Below are positions 28,726 to 42,317 of a stretch of DNA of 64,000 nucleotides, in pieces. Position 1 is the first letter of the stretch. Each line of letters starts with the position of its first letter. This DNA is from Octopus vulgaris (lineage: Eukaryota): the NCBI GenBank assembly GCA_951406725.2, contig OX597836.1, positions 50,282,001-50,346,000 on the forward strand, given 5' to 3'. Under the pieces are notes generated by a model. It saw nothing but the letters and a program-made list of their open reading frames with translations. It ran no database searches and was not told where the DNA came from. The position numbers and the translations under genes were made by a program.

Positions 28726-28900
28726 TTATTAATCCGAGGGGAGGCAATGTGAGCAGCAACTAAAGGAACATTACAAAATCCACAGAAAGATCAAACACAT
28801 ACATATATTCATTTATATCTACAGAACAGATATAAATTCCCGACGTTTAAAAATATAGTAATATGTAAATATATAAACATCATATAAAATATATAAGAAT

Positions 28901-28959
<59 letters not shown>

Positions 28960-29899
28960 TACATACATACAAACATAGACACACACACACACAAATATAT
29001 ATATATACCTATATATAAATATATGTGTGTGTATAAGGTATCATGATAATGAGTGAGCAAAACAAGAGAGAATTGTAAAGATAAAACGACATGAAAAATC
29101 CAGTTATTTTAACATGCTACAAACCAACCCCAGTCCTACTTCAGAAGCTGATGGGGCCTTGACTATAAGATATCTTGTTACATAAACCTTAAAACGTACC
29201 CAGGAGGTTTCAGCTTACATAGTCGTTTTTGTTGTTCTTGTTGCCTTCTGCTAAATAAGTCCTTCTCAAGTGTCTATAATAACTCCACCACTACCACCAC
29301 CACCACTACCACCACCACCACCACCACTACCACCACCACCACCACCACTACCACCACCACCTTCACTGCTGCTGCCTCCCCCCGTCGGCACCTCCACCTC
29401 CTCTGTTATCCCCCCACCCCTAGGAGTTTTACCTTCTCTTGTATGAAGGAGTGAACAAGGGAGCTTGTATGCCAACACACAACCTGCTAGACATAGCAAC
29501 TACATTTCCCTCCTATTCAACCTCACAATCATAAAAAAGACACACCAGTCACAGCCGGGAATGGAATGAACCTGGGACCTTTTCTATGAAAGTATTTCTT
29601 TATATTATAAGTTCAAATCTCCCTGACGTTCACTTTGTCTTTTGTCCTTTCAGGGTTTCATAGTAGGATTCATAGAAGTTTCGTGAGAATATTGAATTCA
29701 CAAGCAGTCCCTGACATCCTGCATGCATATCCCGAGTGACGGGACGTCCTGTTTGCCGCGGAGTCTCCACAGACGCAGGGACAGAATGACCTTGAAGCCA
29801 CCGGTTGCCAATAAGACTTGGAATTTTCACCAGGATGCAGCCCTAATACCACTCGGTGCCAGACCAATCCAAATTTCTCGACGAACTTTCAGGTCTGCA

Positions 29900-30064
29900 G
29901 GTGGTCAGTCTGTGCAGATGGAATCGCGAATGGCTCGCTATCTCCAGTGACCTTGCACAGGACCGTCGAGCGTGGACTGCCATGGTTTGTGATGCTAATA
30001 GGACCAGAGAAGAAGCTGGCTCAACCCACCCTGGATGAATGCCGTCACAAGTCACAAGTAAGTT
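29900..30064 (+). mobile_element. RTE-type LINE 3' end
   Basis: WNREWLAISSDLAQDRRAWTAMV...* (AQDR..W motif) and a short CAAGT-repeat tail. Confidence 0.65.
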
Positions 30065-30439
30065 TCAGGGTTGATGCAAGCAATTAGCACCCACCCCACC
30101 CCACCCCAAATTTACAGTCCTGTGTCTATAGCAGAAGGGATTACCACGAAGGCAGCCAGCTGGCAGAATGCTTAGCATGTTGGTCAAAATGCTTGGTGGA
30201 ATTTTCTTCGGGCTCTTTATGTTCTGAGTTCAAATCCTGCTGCGGTCAACTTTGCCTTTTATTTTTTCAGGGTCCTGAAAAATGGTGGCTGCAGCAATGC
30301 ATTGCAATGGCACATGGCCCCAATACCTGACCTTTCAGAGGTCAATGAAATAAGCACCATCTAAGTATTGAGGGACATTGTGACCAACTGGCCCCTCTTC
30401 GCAAAAACCACTGGCCCTGGACCAAAATTTCAACTTGAT

Positions 30440-30453
30440 ATTATTATTATTAA

Positions 30454-30517
<64 letters not shown>

Positions 30518-30587
30518 GTTATTATTATTGTTATTGTTGTTGTTGTTGTTGTTGTTGTTGTTATTGTTATTATTATTATTATTATTA

Positions 30588-30625
<38 letters not shown>

Positions 30626-30686
30626 GTTATTATTATTATTATCATTATTATAATCATCATCATCATTATTATTATTATTATTATTA

Positions 30687-30723
<37 letters not shown>

Positions 30724-30742
30724 CATTATTATTATTATTATT
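30440..30742 (+). repeat. (ATT)n/(GTT)n microsatellite
   Basis: Direct reading. Forms the 3' flank of the Dong element. Confidence 0.97.
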
Positions 30743-32553
30743 CTATGTTTGACTTTTGCTTTATGTTCGTACAAGTTGGCTCCAAGTCTCACCCAGAGAC
30801 CTCAAGAGACAACAGGTTGGAAGTTCACGTTGTTGTTATGCCTAGTGTGCCATATATTTGTTTTTGTATTTAGTGTTTTTGTATTTAGTGAATATCTAAA
30901 AAAAAAAAACGAAAATTATGTTTGTTTTAAAACTTGAGATTACATAGAAATTATTTTGCGTAGGATATGAGCAGTTCCCATGAGCACTATCTTTTGAATT
31001 TCTGCCATTTTGGGGTTTCCTGGCATCTGAGTTAGGTAGCAATCAGCCCCTTTTGGTATCATTCCCAGGGCACCTATGACAACAGGTATTGTTTTAGTAT
31101 TCAGGTTCCACATTTTGCTGATTTCTATTTCAAGATCTTTATATTTGCTCAGTTTTTGGTAGGTCTTGACAGATACGTTTATATCGATTGGGACAGTCAT
31201 ATCAATGAGGAGGCATGTTCTTTGTCTGAAGTCTTTCAGTATGATGTCTGGCCTATTTGCATCTATCTTCCTGTCAGTTTGAATGGGGAAGTTCCAGAGG
31301 AGTGAGATGTGGTCATTTTCAAGCACTGGAGGTGGTTTGTGTTCCCACTAGTTTGTTTCATGGAGCAAATCCAGGTTTTTCCAGATTACCCAGTGAATAT
31401 ATTGTGCAGCTCTATCATGCCTGTTGAGATACTCTGTTGGTGCAAGAAGACTGCACTTGGAGACAACATGATCAATGGTTTCATTTTGTTGCTTGCATAC
31501 ATGACATGTTGGGCTACTGCTGTTCTTTAATATGTTGGCCTGGTAGTTTCTTGGTAGGCATTGATCTTGAGCTGCTATGATAAACCCTTCTGTTTCAGAT
31601 TTTAAGCCAGAGGCCATTAGCCATTGATGGGTCAGGGCTTTGTCAATATCTGCATTATTCGCTCTCTTTGGGTATTTGCCATAGAGAGGTTTTTCTTGCC
31701 ATTTATCATTCAGAATATCTAAGGCCGCAGTTTTGGCACGGATTTTCATGCGCTTAGCTTTTTCTGTGCCTGTTTCTTGTATGTCTATCTCTAATTCTGA
31801 AATTTGTTGTATTCGGAATTCACTTAGGTATTCCTTTGCCTGTTTTGTTACTGAGTATGATGCTTTCTTGTTTTCATGTTTTGAGACAAGTTTTAACATC
31901 CAGTCCTCAGACTTTTTCAGGTAGGTGTCTAGGCCAATTGTAGCAATCTTCATTGTTATTGCCAGTTGTAAAAGTCCACGGCCTCCCTCGTTTCTTGGCA
32001 GATAAAGTTGTTCTGTATCTGCCTTAGGTGGTGCATTCTATGCATTGTCAACAGTTTTCGTATTTTTCTGTCAAGATTACATATTTCAGTAATTGACCAG
32101 TTAACGATATTGAAACTGTAAGTCACGACTGGTATGGCTAAAGCATTGATCGCTTCGATCCTGTTTCTCGCATTCAGCTCTGTCTTGAGTATTGCTCTTA
32201 CTCTGCGATAACATTCTCTCCTGATCCTTTCTTTCATCACTGAATACCTTATTACGTCCCCTTCAATTACCCCTAGGTACTTGTAGCTCTCCGCTGGGTC
32301 TAATTCTTTTATGACATTCTGCTGGTCAAGGTTAACGTTAGAAGTTTCTGTCATTTTTCCTTTGATAAAAGTAGCTTTTGCACATTTATCGAGGCCAAAT
32401 TGCATTCTGATGTCATCACTGAATTGTTTAACAATCGTTAGTAAGCCCTTGAGTTGTTGGACATTTTTTGTAAAGAGCTTTAAATCATCCATTTAAATGA
32501 GATGATTTATATTTTTATCAAACATTTTATATACGTATGTGCGTCATTGAGCA
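30742..32553 (-). mobile_element. R4/Dong-clade non-LTR retrotransposon, 5'-truncated and frameshifted (RT, CCHC, REL endonuclease)
   Basis: MDDLKLF...FGLDKCA...YKYLG (RT), CHVCKQQNETIDHVVSKC (CCHC), RPDIILKD...LIDMTVP...KLSKY...IGALG (REL). Tail is in (TAA)n. Confidence 0.93.
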
Positions 32554-32554
32554 A

Positions 32555-32997
32555 CCATATGTGCATGACATGGTGATCTCATATCAAGATAAACAGCGCA
32601 TGACCTTGCAGGTGGGGCCCAGTTAGAATTTTCTTCTGGTCGAGTAACCCATCCTGCTCAAAAGGTTCCTGAATAAGGGTTGTTTTAGGATGTTGAATGA
32701 AACACCAATGTTTCCAAAGGTGAATTATCCAAACCCCAAAGAATCCCTCTCAACATATGGTTATGATGCTCCCCCATTACTTCTGCTTGTGGTCAGAGAT
32801 GCACATATCGTCAGCCACTAAGGGACACATTCAACTGGTCATGGTCAAACAACTGACAAACAAATCTGTAGTATTGAGCAGAATATTTGCTGTAGCCCAT
32901 CTTTTATACCAAGACAAAACAATGGACATGATAACACTTCCAATCAGTTAAGATCAGAAGCCATGAGAGCCACTGCCTGGTACTGCATCAGGGCATT
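32555..32997 (-). mobile_element. (TAA)n-associated non-autonomous element, 3'-truncated copy fused to the Dong RT
   Basis: Reverse complement of 38871-39320. Confidence 0.75.
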
Positions 32998-33039
32998 TTA
33001 TTATTATTATTATTATTATTATCATTATTATTATTATTA

Positions 33040-33240
33040 TTCTATGTTTGACTTTTGCTTTATATTTGTACAAGCTGGCTCCAAGTCTTACCCAGAGACC
33101 TCAAGAGACAACAGGCTGGAAGTTCATGTTGGTGTTATGCCTAGGGTGCCATATATTTGGTTTTGTACTTAGTGTTGTACTAGTGAATGCCTAAAAAACC
33201 ATACGAAAATTGCTTGTTTTAAAACTTGAGATTACAAAGA
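33040..33240 (-). mobile_element. Second copy of the Dong 3' UTR
   Basis: Matches 30742-30950, flanked by (ATT)n. Confidence 0.85.
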
Positions 33241-33317
33241 AAGTATTATTACTATTATTATTATTATCATTATTATATTTTAAAAAAGGATTGATGTAAC
33301 TCTTCACAAAGATAAAC

Positions 33318-33562
33318 AGTCAAGACGAAGAGCACGATTCAATTGTAAGTTATTTTAATGTAAGTTATTTTCAAGAGTATGTCTGTCTTTGTCAAGTTCA
33401 AAATAAGAAATGATAAAAATCCAGAAATTTAAACATAAAGTATGACGTTTAAATTTCTGGATTTTTATCATTTCTTATTTTGAACTTGACAAAGACAGAC
33501 ATACTCTTGAAAATAACTTACATTAAAATAACTTACAATTGAATCGTGCTCTTCATCTTGAC

Positions 33563-33563
<1 letters not shown>
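33318..33563. repeat. Near-perfect fold-back, 117-bp arms and 12-nt loop
   Basis: Arms 33318-33434 and 33447-33563 are reverse complements, with one C/T difference seen. Confidence 0.93.
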
Positions 33564-33617
<54 letters not shown>

Positions 33618-33775
33618 GAAAATGTCCTTCCCAGAGAAATGACTTCTCCATATTCTTCTGGTTCCTAATGTTCTGAATTCAAATGTGACTCAAGCTGACT
33701 TTGCTTTTCTTCCTTTCAGGATTGATAAAAGGAGATTGCAATCACACACTCCACTAACCTCTACACGCCACAATT

Positions 33776-35275
33776 GTGGTGGTGGTGGTGGTGGCAGTAG
33801 TGGTGGTGGTGGTGGTGGTGGCAGTAGTGGTGGTGGTGGTGGTGGTGGTGGTGGCAGTAGTGGTGGTGGTGGTGGTGGCAGTAGTGGTGGTGGTGGTGGT
33901 GGCAGTAGTGGTGGTGGTGGTGGTGGCAGTAGTGATGGTGGTGGTGGTGGCAGTAGTGGTGGTGGTGGTGGTGGCAGTAGTGGTGGTGGTGGTGGTGGCA
34001 GTAGTGGTGGTGGTGGTGGTGGCAGTAGTGGTGGTGGTGGTGGTGGCAGTAGTGGTGGTGGTGGTGGTGGTGGTGGCAGTAGTGGTGGTGGTGGTGGTGG
34101 TGGTGGTGGTGGTAGTGGTGGTGGTGGTGGTGGTGGTGGTGGTGGCAGTAGTGGTGGTGGTGGTGGTGGCAGTAGTGGTGGTGGTGGTGGTGGTGGTGGT
34201 GGCAGTAGTGGTGGTGGTGGTGGTGGCAGTAGTGGTGGTGGTGGTGGTGGTGGTGGTGGTGGTGGTGGCAGTAGTGGTGGTGGTGGTGGTGGTGGTGGTG
34301 GTGGTGGTGGTGGTGGTGGTGGTGGTGGCAGTAGTGGTGGTGGTGGTGGTGGTGGCAGTAGTGGTGGTGGTGGTGGTGGTGGTGGTGGCAGTAGTGGTGG
34401 TGGTGGTGGTGGTGGCAGTAGTGGTGGTGGTGGTGGTGGTGGCAGTAGTGGTGGTGGTGGTGGTGGTGGTGGTGGTGGTGGTGGTAGTAGTGTGGTGGTG
34501 GTGGTGGCAGTAGTGGTGGTGGTGGTGGTGGTGGCAGTAGTGGTGGTGGTGGTGGTGGCAGTAGTGGTGGTGGTGGTGGTGGTGGTGGTGGTGGTGGTGG
34601 TGGCAGTAGTGGTGGTGGTGGTGGTAGCAGTAGTGGTGGTGGTGGTGGTGGTGGTGGTGGTGGCAGTAGTGGTGGTGGTGGTGGTGGCAGTAGTGGTGGT
34701 GGTGGTGGTGGTGGTGGTGGTGGTGGTGGTGGTGGTGGTGGTGGTGGTGGCAGTAGTGGTGGTGGTGGTGGTGGTGGTGGTGGCAGTAGTGGTGGTGGTG
34801 GTGGTGGCAGTAGTGGTGGTGGTGGTGGTGGTGGTGGTGGTGGCAGTAGTGGTGGTGGTGGTGGTGGTGGTGGCAGTAGTCGTGGTGGTGGTGGTGGTGG
34901 TGGCAGTAGTGGTGGTGGTGGTGGTGGCAGTAGTGGTGGTGGTGGTGGTGGTGGTGGTGGTGGTGGTGGTGGCAGTAGTGGTGGTGGTGGTGGTGGTGGT
35001 GGCAGTAGTGGTGGTAGTGGTGGTGGTGGTGGCAGTAGTGGTGGTGGTGGTGGTGGCAGTAGTGGTGGTGGTGGTGGTGGTGGTGGTGGTGGTGGTGGTG
35101 GTGGTGGTGGTGGTGGTGGTGGTTGTGGTGGTGGTGGGTGGTGGTGGTGGTGGTGGCAGTAGTGGTGGTGGTGGTGGTGGCAGTAGTGGTGGTGGTGGTG
35201 GTGATGGTGGTGGTGGTGGTGGTGATGGTGGTGGTGGTGGTGGTGGTGGTGGTGGTGATGGTGGTGGTGGTGGTT
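33776..35275 (+). repeat. About 1.5-kb compound (GGT)n array punctuated by GGCAGTAGT
   Basis: Direct reading. Confidence 0.97.
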
Positions 35276-36276
35276 TCAGTGATGGTACAAGTTGTTGTTG
35301 TGATTGTAATAGTAGAGGTGGCAGCTGTAGTACTGACCTCGGTAACTGTGGTGGGTTTGGTTTGTCATCATCATCGTCATCACCATTTCACCCTCATCAG
35401 TGTGGTATCAATCAGTCTTTGTTGAAGAAAATAATGGGAAAGAAGAAAAATAAAGGATGCAGAAAGAATGTAACTGGATGGATGGTGGTGGGTGGTGGTG
35501 GGTGAATTGTCAGTGTTTTCCTTCCTCGCCACCCCCCCCCCCCCCATTCGTCTTGCACCTCCCCCACCGGAAGCCCCACTCTGGTCGATACTTAACACAT
35601 TCAGCCACAAGTAGTTTATCAGCAGACTGTAACAGGAGTTCAGAGTAGCTCTGGGCATTACGGATGTATATGTATATCACACACACACACACGCACCCAC
35701 ACGCATGCATGCACACACACACACACACACACATGCACCCACACGCATGCGGTCACTCAAAGACATGCAACACACATTTCTAAAAATGCAAAATATATTT
35801 TGAAGGCTGATCTCAAAACCTTACAAAGGAGATGACAGAGGACGGATATATGTGGTACTTGAGAAGACCTGACCACCACAACAGAATTGAGATCCTAAAA
35901 CCAAGGTGCCATGTGAAAAATATTGGTGTGGGTGCCACATAAAAAGCACAGGTGATGGTGCCATGTAAAAAGCACCCAGTACACTCTGTGGAGTGGCTGA
36001 CATTAAGAAGGGCATCCAGCCATAAAAACCAAGCCAAAACAGACTATATGGGACCCAGTGTGTCCCCTGGCCTTTACCAGTTCCTGTTAATCTGTCCAAC
36101 CCATGCCAACATGGAAAACGGATGTTAAATGATGATGATGATGATGATGATAGACATAATGTATATGCATTTGTGTGTGACAATGATGATAATAGCTGTC
36201 CACTCATAACCAAAGAAAACCTGTACAAAATGTCAGCAATTTTCATGCATGAGGTTATTACATCTATGGTCAGCCT

Positions 36277-36690
36277 CACCTGGGTTTGCACCTGTGGATT
36301 CCTTGCTCCCTATGGCACCTGGGTTTGGACCTGTGACTTCCATGCTCCCTACAGCACCTTGGTTTGCATCTATGACTACCATGCACTGTATGGCACTTGA
36401 GTTTGAGCCTGTGGATTCCATGTTCCCTATGGCACCTGGGTTTGCACCTGTGGATTCCATGCTCCCTATGGCACCTGGGTTTGCACCTATGACTTCCATG
36501 CTCCCTACAGCACTTTGGTTTGCACCTATGACTTGGGTTTGAGCCTGTGGATTCCATGCTCCCTATGGCACCTAGGTTTGCACCTGTGACTTCCATGTTC
36601 CCTATGGCACCTGAGTTTGCATCTGTGGATTCCATGCTCCCTATGGCACATGGGTTTGCACCTGTGGCTTCCATGCTCCCTACAGCACCC
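36277..36690 (+). repeat. 39-bp minisatellite, about 10 copies
   Basis: Unit ACCTGGGTTTGCACCTGTGGATTCCATGCTCCCTATGGC, giving 13-aa periodicity in the ORF track (MAPGFAPVDSMLP). Confidence 0.92.
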
Positions 36691-37582
36691 TTCTACTTGG
36701 CCAGCCATCAGAAAGTCACTTCACTAGTGATTGCACAACCTGAAGTTTTGGGTCTAATAAAGCTTGTACAGTACCTCACACACCTTCACCCTACTGACAT
36801 GATCTAGGGACAAACCAAGGAAAGATACCCAGTGCCAACATGGGTTGCAGTCTCAGGAATGTGGGAGCATCATGATCTCCAGCCTAAGCAAAAGAACCCC
36901 AAAATGTGCCATGTCATCCCCTGCATATCAGGTTTTATATCAGAGCAACCATCTTCTAGAGACATGCTTTAACAAAAACTGAGGTGTACCCACACCCTGT
37001 AGTCTTCCAGCATGCCAGACACCAACCTGGAATTTCTGAGGGCCCACGCTATTCCGAGAAAGTCATTGAACTTACACTGGGTTCATCTCAGCTTTTGACA
37101 GGATTTGTTTTTAGTTCAGCTGAGTTTCTCGCAACCCTTTTCCGCAGTTCACCAGGCAAGCCTAGTCGGGGTGCTGGTTGACCATGCAACAGGTTGTGCT
37201 GGATTCCATGTTGCTAGTAGCACACATGAGACAATTCACAAGGGACCTGACACAATATATACACACTTATATGGCTGTGTGGTTGCTTGCTTGCTTCCCA
37301 ACCACATGGTTCCATGTTCAGTCCCACAGTGTGACACATTGGGAAAGTGTCTTCTACTATAGCCTCAGGCCGACCAAAGCCTTGTAACTGGATTTGGTAG
37401 ACAGAAACCAAAAGAAGCCCATTGTGTGTGTGTGTGTTTGTGTTTGTCCTTCCCACGGTTGCTTGACAACCATTATTGGTGTGTTTACATACCCGTAACT
37501 TAACAGTTCGGCAAAGAGACTAACAAAATAAGTGCTAGGCTTACAAAGAATAAGTCCTGGTATGTATGTATATATATATATA

Positions 37583-37914
37583 CAGAGATGTACTTGCATA
37601 GCGAGTGACCTGATCTGAGATCGTGTGCTGGAACGAAAACAATTGCCGCATGGAAGGTGTTTATAAGCCATTTAAGAAACACACAAAAGCCGTTCGATTC
37701 ACTTCAACATTTAAGTTTAATTTGTCAAAATATTTTCGTCGCTTTGAGACCGCGACCTGTTCACTGACAAAACTTTGTGTTGCACGAAGTTTTGTCAGCG
37801 GTCTTAAAGCGACGAAAATATTTTGACAAATTAAACTTAAATGTTGAAGTGAATCGAACGGCTTTTGTGTGTTTCTTAAATGGTTTATAAACACCTTCCA
37901 TGCGGCAATTGTTT
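37583..37914. mobile_element. Asymmetric fold-back element in (TA)n (Penelope-like pLTR)
   Basis: Inverted arms of about 37637-37776 and 37786-37914, an unpaired left extension and (TA)n on both sides. Confidence 0.75.
37721..37771 (-). ncRNA. Type I minimal hammerhead-like fold, G3:C8 variant
   Basis: UUUGUCA-GUGAACA-G-GUCGC-(GGUCUCAAA)-GCGAC-GAA-AAUAUU-U-UGACAAA: 7-bp stem I, 5-bp stem II, palindromic stem III. Confidence 0.65.
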
Positions 37915-37948
37915 ATATATATATATATATTTACACACACGCTCTTTC

Positions 37949-37982
<34 letters not shown>

Positions 37983-38767
37983 GTATACAGTGTATATATT
38001 CTTCCATAAGCCCAGCATCTGACACCATTTCAACGTATGGCATTTATCTGTGTCTACTGCAACCAGTGTTCCAGTTTGGTCGGTTGTAATATTTACCAGT
38101 GGCACACCCTGTTTCTGTAGCAAGACGAGGGTTTTGGCGCTAAAGTCTCTCATGTAGAATGGGTTGCAGCTGTTGAACAACTGACTGGAGGTTCTATATC
38201 AACACCAACAACTATTGCAAGTGGTCATCCAATTTCCTAGAAATAGCAGCCATGTTCTTTTTCAATCATGCACAACAGTGTTAGAAAATTAAGGACATGT
38301 TGAACAATTCAGCTGTGAATATAGAAACAGATATGATGGTCATGGCTAGAACAGCTTCAATCATTAGTCTGTGCAGTCAGGGATGAATTGGGACTAAACA
38401 ACAACAACAACAACAACGGTAAAAGTACAATTACAACCACAACCACAAATAACAAAATACATCACCTCTACTACCACTACGACCATCGCCACCACCGCAC
38501 CCACCACCACCTTATGAATTAACATAATACACCATAAACCATTGGAATTCAGTAATTCTATATAGATAGTCTCTAATGTTTCTGGTTTTGCTGTGAAACA
38601 ATTTTGGAGGGAAAACACTGTGTGTGTGTGTGTGTGTGTGTGTGTGGTATGGATCTCATTAAGTTTGGTAATGTTAGAAACACACTTGTTTTTCTCTCAA
38701 GAGGCAAACCCAGAACTTTTGAGGGGAAGAGGCTCAGCAATAGATTTAACCCCCAGTTCTTGACTGG

Positions 38768-39430
<663 letters not shown>

Positions 39431-40030
39431 TAATAATGATAATAATAATAATGATAATAATAATAATGATAATAATAATAATGATAATAATAATAATAAT
39501 AATAATAATGTATATGTGCATGAGTGTATGTATATATGCATATATATATATATATATGTATACACACACACATACACACGCATACACATATATATATATA
39601 TGTATGTATGTGTGTGTGTGTGTGTTTGTGTGCTTGTGTGTGTGTGTGTGAATATAATGTTATATGAATATTTACTCAGCAACTCACAGCTGGTGTTGGG
39701 TGCAGAAACAAATGTTGTGATCTGCAGTGAAAGCCTCATATCCTCCATCCTTCTCTTATGTTATTCTGGTATAGATTTCTTTTATTCTTTTACTCTTTTA
39801 CTTGTTTCAGTCATTTGACTGTGGCCAACTTTCAGGTGTTTTAACACCTGGTGCTTTGAGAGAGTCTTCTTCTCCGCTGCACCAAATCACAGCCTCCTCA
39901 CAAACACACAGAGCAGAGCTGTGAGTTATTGGTGGTGTTTATATGCATATCATTCAGCTTGCTGGTTCTACGAAGTTGTTTTGGGGGATTTGGGGCCATA
40001 GCCCTCTCTGAAGAGAGCCATCAATGTCTC

Positions 40031-40076
<46 letters not shown>

Positions 40077-40505
40077 CGTGTGTGTGCATATGTGTGTGCG
40101 TGCTTCTATCATGCAATATTCACAATACATCATCTGATGTTTTAAATTAGGCAATTAATATATGATGACAATTATCAAATTTACTAATTGCCAAACTTGT
40201 ACTCAGACAGTCTACCCTAGTTTGGAATTTACATACATATATTTATAAGTGTGAGAGAGAGAGAGAGAGAGAGTATTAATTAGTTATGTTGGATGGTATG
40301 TTGCATAATTTTCCTTAAACATTTCCACCTCAAAACGATTTACTGCCAGACAAACCCTATTCACTCCTCCACAAAACATATTTTAAGGCAGAACCAATAG
40401 CATGCTGGACAAAATGCTTTGCCGTATGTAGTCCTTCTTTATGTTCTGAGTTCAAATTCTGCCAAGGTCAGCTTTGCCTGTCATCCTTCAGGGTCGATGA
40501 AATAA

Positions 40506-40856
40506 GTACCAGTCAAGTTCTGGGGTTGCTGGAACTGACTTGGCCCCTCCCTTCAAATTATGCTTATTGTAGAAAGGACATGTTTCAATCATTATTATAC
40601 AGATGACAGACGTAAAACCCCTGATCCCTGGACACAACATGCAATATTTTTGTGGGCAGTGTTGGCAAAAATCTAGCGACAACCCCTGTAATATGGCCAA
40701 CACTGCCCACAAAAATATTGCATGTTGTGTCCAGGGATCAGGGGTTTTACGTCTATCATCTGTATAATAATGATTGAAACATGTCCTTTCTACAATAAGC
40801 ATAATTTGAAGGGAGGGGCCAAGTCAGTTCCAGCAACCCCAGAACTTGACTGGTAC
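40506..40856. repeat. Inverted duplication, 161-bp arms and 29-nt spacer
   Basis: Arms 40506-40666 and 40696-40856 are reverse complements, with one mismatch seen. Confidence 0.93.
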
Positions 40857-41774
40857 CCCATTGAAACAATACCCAGTTAACTCCCCAGTTGATCTACAAA
40901 CATTCTAGGAACCAGTGAGCCCAAACACTTGCTAGGCAGAAGTTCTTCTGACGAAGATCTCTCCCGCCCTCCGCCTGCCTTGCACTGAGTTTCTACTTAA
41001 CCAAGTTGGTCTCACTGGGAATAAGTGGATGGTTTGTGTGTGTGTGGGAGTGAGTCTGTGTACTTGAGTGTATGAATGAATTTGTTTGTATGTATATGTG
41101 TGCATGTATATATGTGTCTGTATATATTTGTGAATGTGTGAGTTTGTGTACATGGAGGTATTAATGTGTATGTATGCATATGTGAGTGTGTGTGTGTCTT
41201 TGTGCATACAAGTGCATGCGTGGGCGTGAGTTACTGTGCATGTGAGTGTTGTTGCTGTTGTTGTTGCTGTTTTTCTTGTTTCAGTCTTCTTGTTGAAAAC
41301 AAACAATTAACAGCCTATTAATAAACACAACCCATCAACTGAAGTGGGTCGACTCAACGAGGAAGGCAGGCTCTAGGTGGTCGCTCGACCTGCTAGAAAT
41401 AACAGTCACGTCGCCCGGATAAAAATTATGCATTTTGCCAAGTTAAATAGGAAAAGGACATGTTGAATACTACAGCCCTACACGTATTTAAAAAAAGACA
41501 TGATGGTCACAACTGGAATGCCTTTGATAACAGTTCTGCTCAGTCAGGATTGATTTTGGGCCACCCAACTATCTCCACTTCCACCAACAACATCAACAAC
41601 AACAACAAATGAAGTGGGTCTCTTCAAATAATAAAGCAGAAAGAGGGGGCATTAATGAATGCTGCCCCCTCACATAGAAAAATTACATCAACAACTGAGT
41701 AATAATCCGCCGAAACTACACCTGATTATATATACACTTTAGATGAGTTGTAGTGCACCTGAGCACTGTACACA

Positions 41775-41807
<33 letters not shown>

Positions 41808-42284
41808 AATAAACCAATAAAGGAACGTCTACATGGTCACTAAACATGCTAGAAACAGCAGCCAAATCTCCCTCACATCAGAACCAAATGTCTTTTAAAA
41901 TAAGGAAGAAACCATTGAATCATTCCATTGGATGGAGGATTGGTAGAGTCAGTAGAGTGACACACAGAGAAGGCTTGTGCTGTTGTGTTGTGCATGTTTA
42001 TGGCCTGAGTTCAAATCTGGCAGTAGTCAGTTGGCTTTTTAGCCTTCCAAGGTCAATGTTTTAAGTACCAGCTGAATACTGGGGATATTCTAATTTAAGA
42101 CCATCTTGTGGTATATAAGAAATCTATACACACACACACACATACTCAGGTGTAGCTATGTACCTTCCAACTATATATTTTTGAGTTCAATTCCACTGCG
42201 TGCCGCCTTTGTCATGGGTCTTTTATAATAACACCAGGCTAACCAAAACCTTTTGAGTAAACTGACAGAAACTGAAAGAAGGCC

Positions 42285-42317
<33 letters not shown>

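Noticed and set aside
33685-35505. 606-aa Gly/Val-rich ORF
   Set aside because: It is a by-product of the (GGT)n array, switches from poly-Gly to poly-Val at a 1-nt slip, and has no domain or splice support.
39684-39720. CACAG-CTGGTG...GCAGAAACAAATGTTGTG, similar to the 62580 motif
   Set aside because: The core is too degenerate. At most a dead relative.
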